DNA of 64,000 nucleotides from Luteibacter sp. (GTDB lineage Bacteria; Pseudomonadota; Gammaproteobacteria; Xanthomonadales; Rhodanobacteraceae): NCBI RefSeq assembly GCF_051958795.1, contig NZ_JBQCFT010000249.1, positions 5,800 to 69,799 of the forward strand, read 5' to 3'. Shown piece by piece: positions 63,248 to 64,000 of this stretch (position 1 is its first letter; each line of letters starts with the position of its first letter). The notes under the pieces were generated by a model. It saw only the letters and a program-made list of their open reading frames with translations, ran no database searches and was not told where the DNA came from. The position numbers and the translations under genes were made by a program.

Positions 63248-64000
63248 TTAGCGGGTCTTCGCGGCCGCCACGGGGGCGGCCGGGTCGTGGGGCGGCGCCA
63301 CCGCGGTCGCCGCGGGTGCCGGGGCACTGGCGGGCGGTGGAGGCGGGTTCAGCTTCACGTGCTGGTTGCGGACGCTCTGGAGCAGGTCGCTGTCATACCA
63401 GCGCCCGTCGAGCAGGACGAGCGTGGCGTCGGTCTGGATCGGCTTGTCGAGGATCGTGTAGGTGATCTTGACGTGCGCGGTGCCGCCGGTGTTCTCGAGC
63501 GTATCGATGCTCACCGAGTCGAAACTCTTGTCGAGCGAGAGCCCGTACACGTTGAACAGGTTCTTGAAGCCCAGCCACATCGTGGAATAAGCGGCCATGG
63601 ACTGGTTGAAGTCCATCGTGTGCAGCGCTTCCGGCGTGCTGAGCCGGGCCTTGCGCGCGGTGTCCACCAGGATCGAGATCGCCTGCTTCGCCTTGACCTG
63701 GTCGCCCCAGCCCACGGTTTGCGCCCATGGTGCGATGACGTTCACGGCCTCGCGCAGTTGCCGCTTCTGCGGGATGGTGAGGTCGTTCGCCTGGTCGATG
63801 GCGGTGAGCGCCATCGACTGGGCCACGCCGGTAAGCAGCGGCATCTGGTCCTTGTATTCCTTGTCGAAGCGAACCAGGGCCGGGCGCAGGTCGGCATAGA
63901 GTTTTTTCTCGGCATCGGGCTCGGTCAGCCTTTTTACGCCGTTCTCGAACTTCGCGCGGTCATCGTCGTTGACCGGTTCAGCCGCGACGTTGCGGCGGGG
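63248..64000 (-). CDS. Hypothetical protein, 5' truncated by the window, with a Pro/Ala-rich tail
   Basis: The reading frame is open from the window end to the stop at 63248; GC-typical codon usage. Confidence 0.7.
   Translation of the reverse strand, partial: PRRNVAAEPVNDDDRAKFENGVKRLTEPDAEKKLYADLRPALVRFDKEYKDQMPLLTGVAQSMALTAIDQANDLTIPQKRQLREAVNVIAPWAQTVGWGDQVKAKQAISILVDTARKARLSTPEALHTMDFNQSMAAYSTMWLGFKNLFNVYGLSLDKSFDSVSIDTLENTGGTAHVKITYTILDKPIQTDATLVLLDGRWYDSDLLQSVRNQHVKLNPPPPPASAPAPAATAVAPPHDPAAPVAAAKTR

Overview
GC-rich chromosomal segment of a Xanthomonadales bacterium, probably Rhodanobacteraceae (Luteibacter/Dyella-like). That placement is inferred from the gene order, the GTAGGAGC/GTGGGAGC REP elements and a xanthomonadin-type pigment cluster. 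Contents in order: the 3' end of glmU; a compact xanthomonadin/aryl-polyene cluster (XanB2-type chorismatase, ACP, two dehydratase-like proteins, acyltransferase, flavin-dependent halogenase, GT2, KS and chain-length factor); housekeeping genes (hemF, gpmA, P-II, ubiK, yifB/comM, aceA/aceB with a divergent LysR, arfB, truC, ubiB, ubiJ, trmL, ttcA, an aromatic aminotransferase, rdgC, ubiE, plsB); a degraded AT-richer islet after yifB; a ParE-type toxin-antitoxin pair; an accessory detox block (SDRs, cytochrome P460, Tat/Sec hydrolases, ArsR-SRPBCC, MarR-FUSC efflux); and several peptidases. The most striking element is a set of three divergent ~950-1200 aa paralogues (49.8-60.5 kb) flanking ubiE. 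They share an N-terminal MD-x-x-PP-x-x-P motif, a DUF6543/dermonecrotic-toxin-like body and a W...GL(R/P)GG junction. Their variable C-terminal domains look by eye like ADP-ribosyltransferase folds, and no immunity genes are present. A GacA-box-like palindrome (TGTAGG-N6-CCTACA) lies upstream of them. No rRNA, tRNA, CRISPR array, integrase or transposase was seen. All family assignments come from motif recognition by eye; no database search was run.
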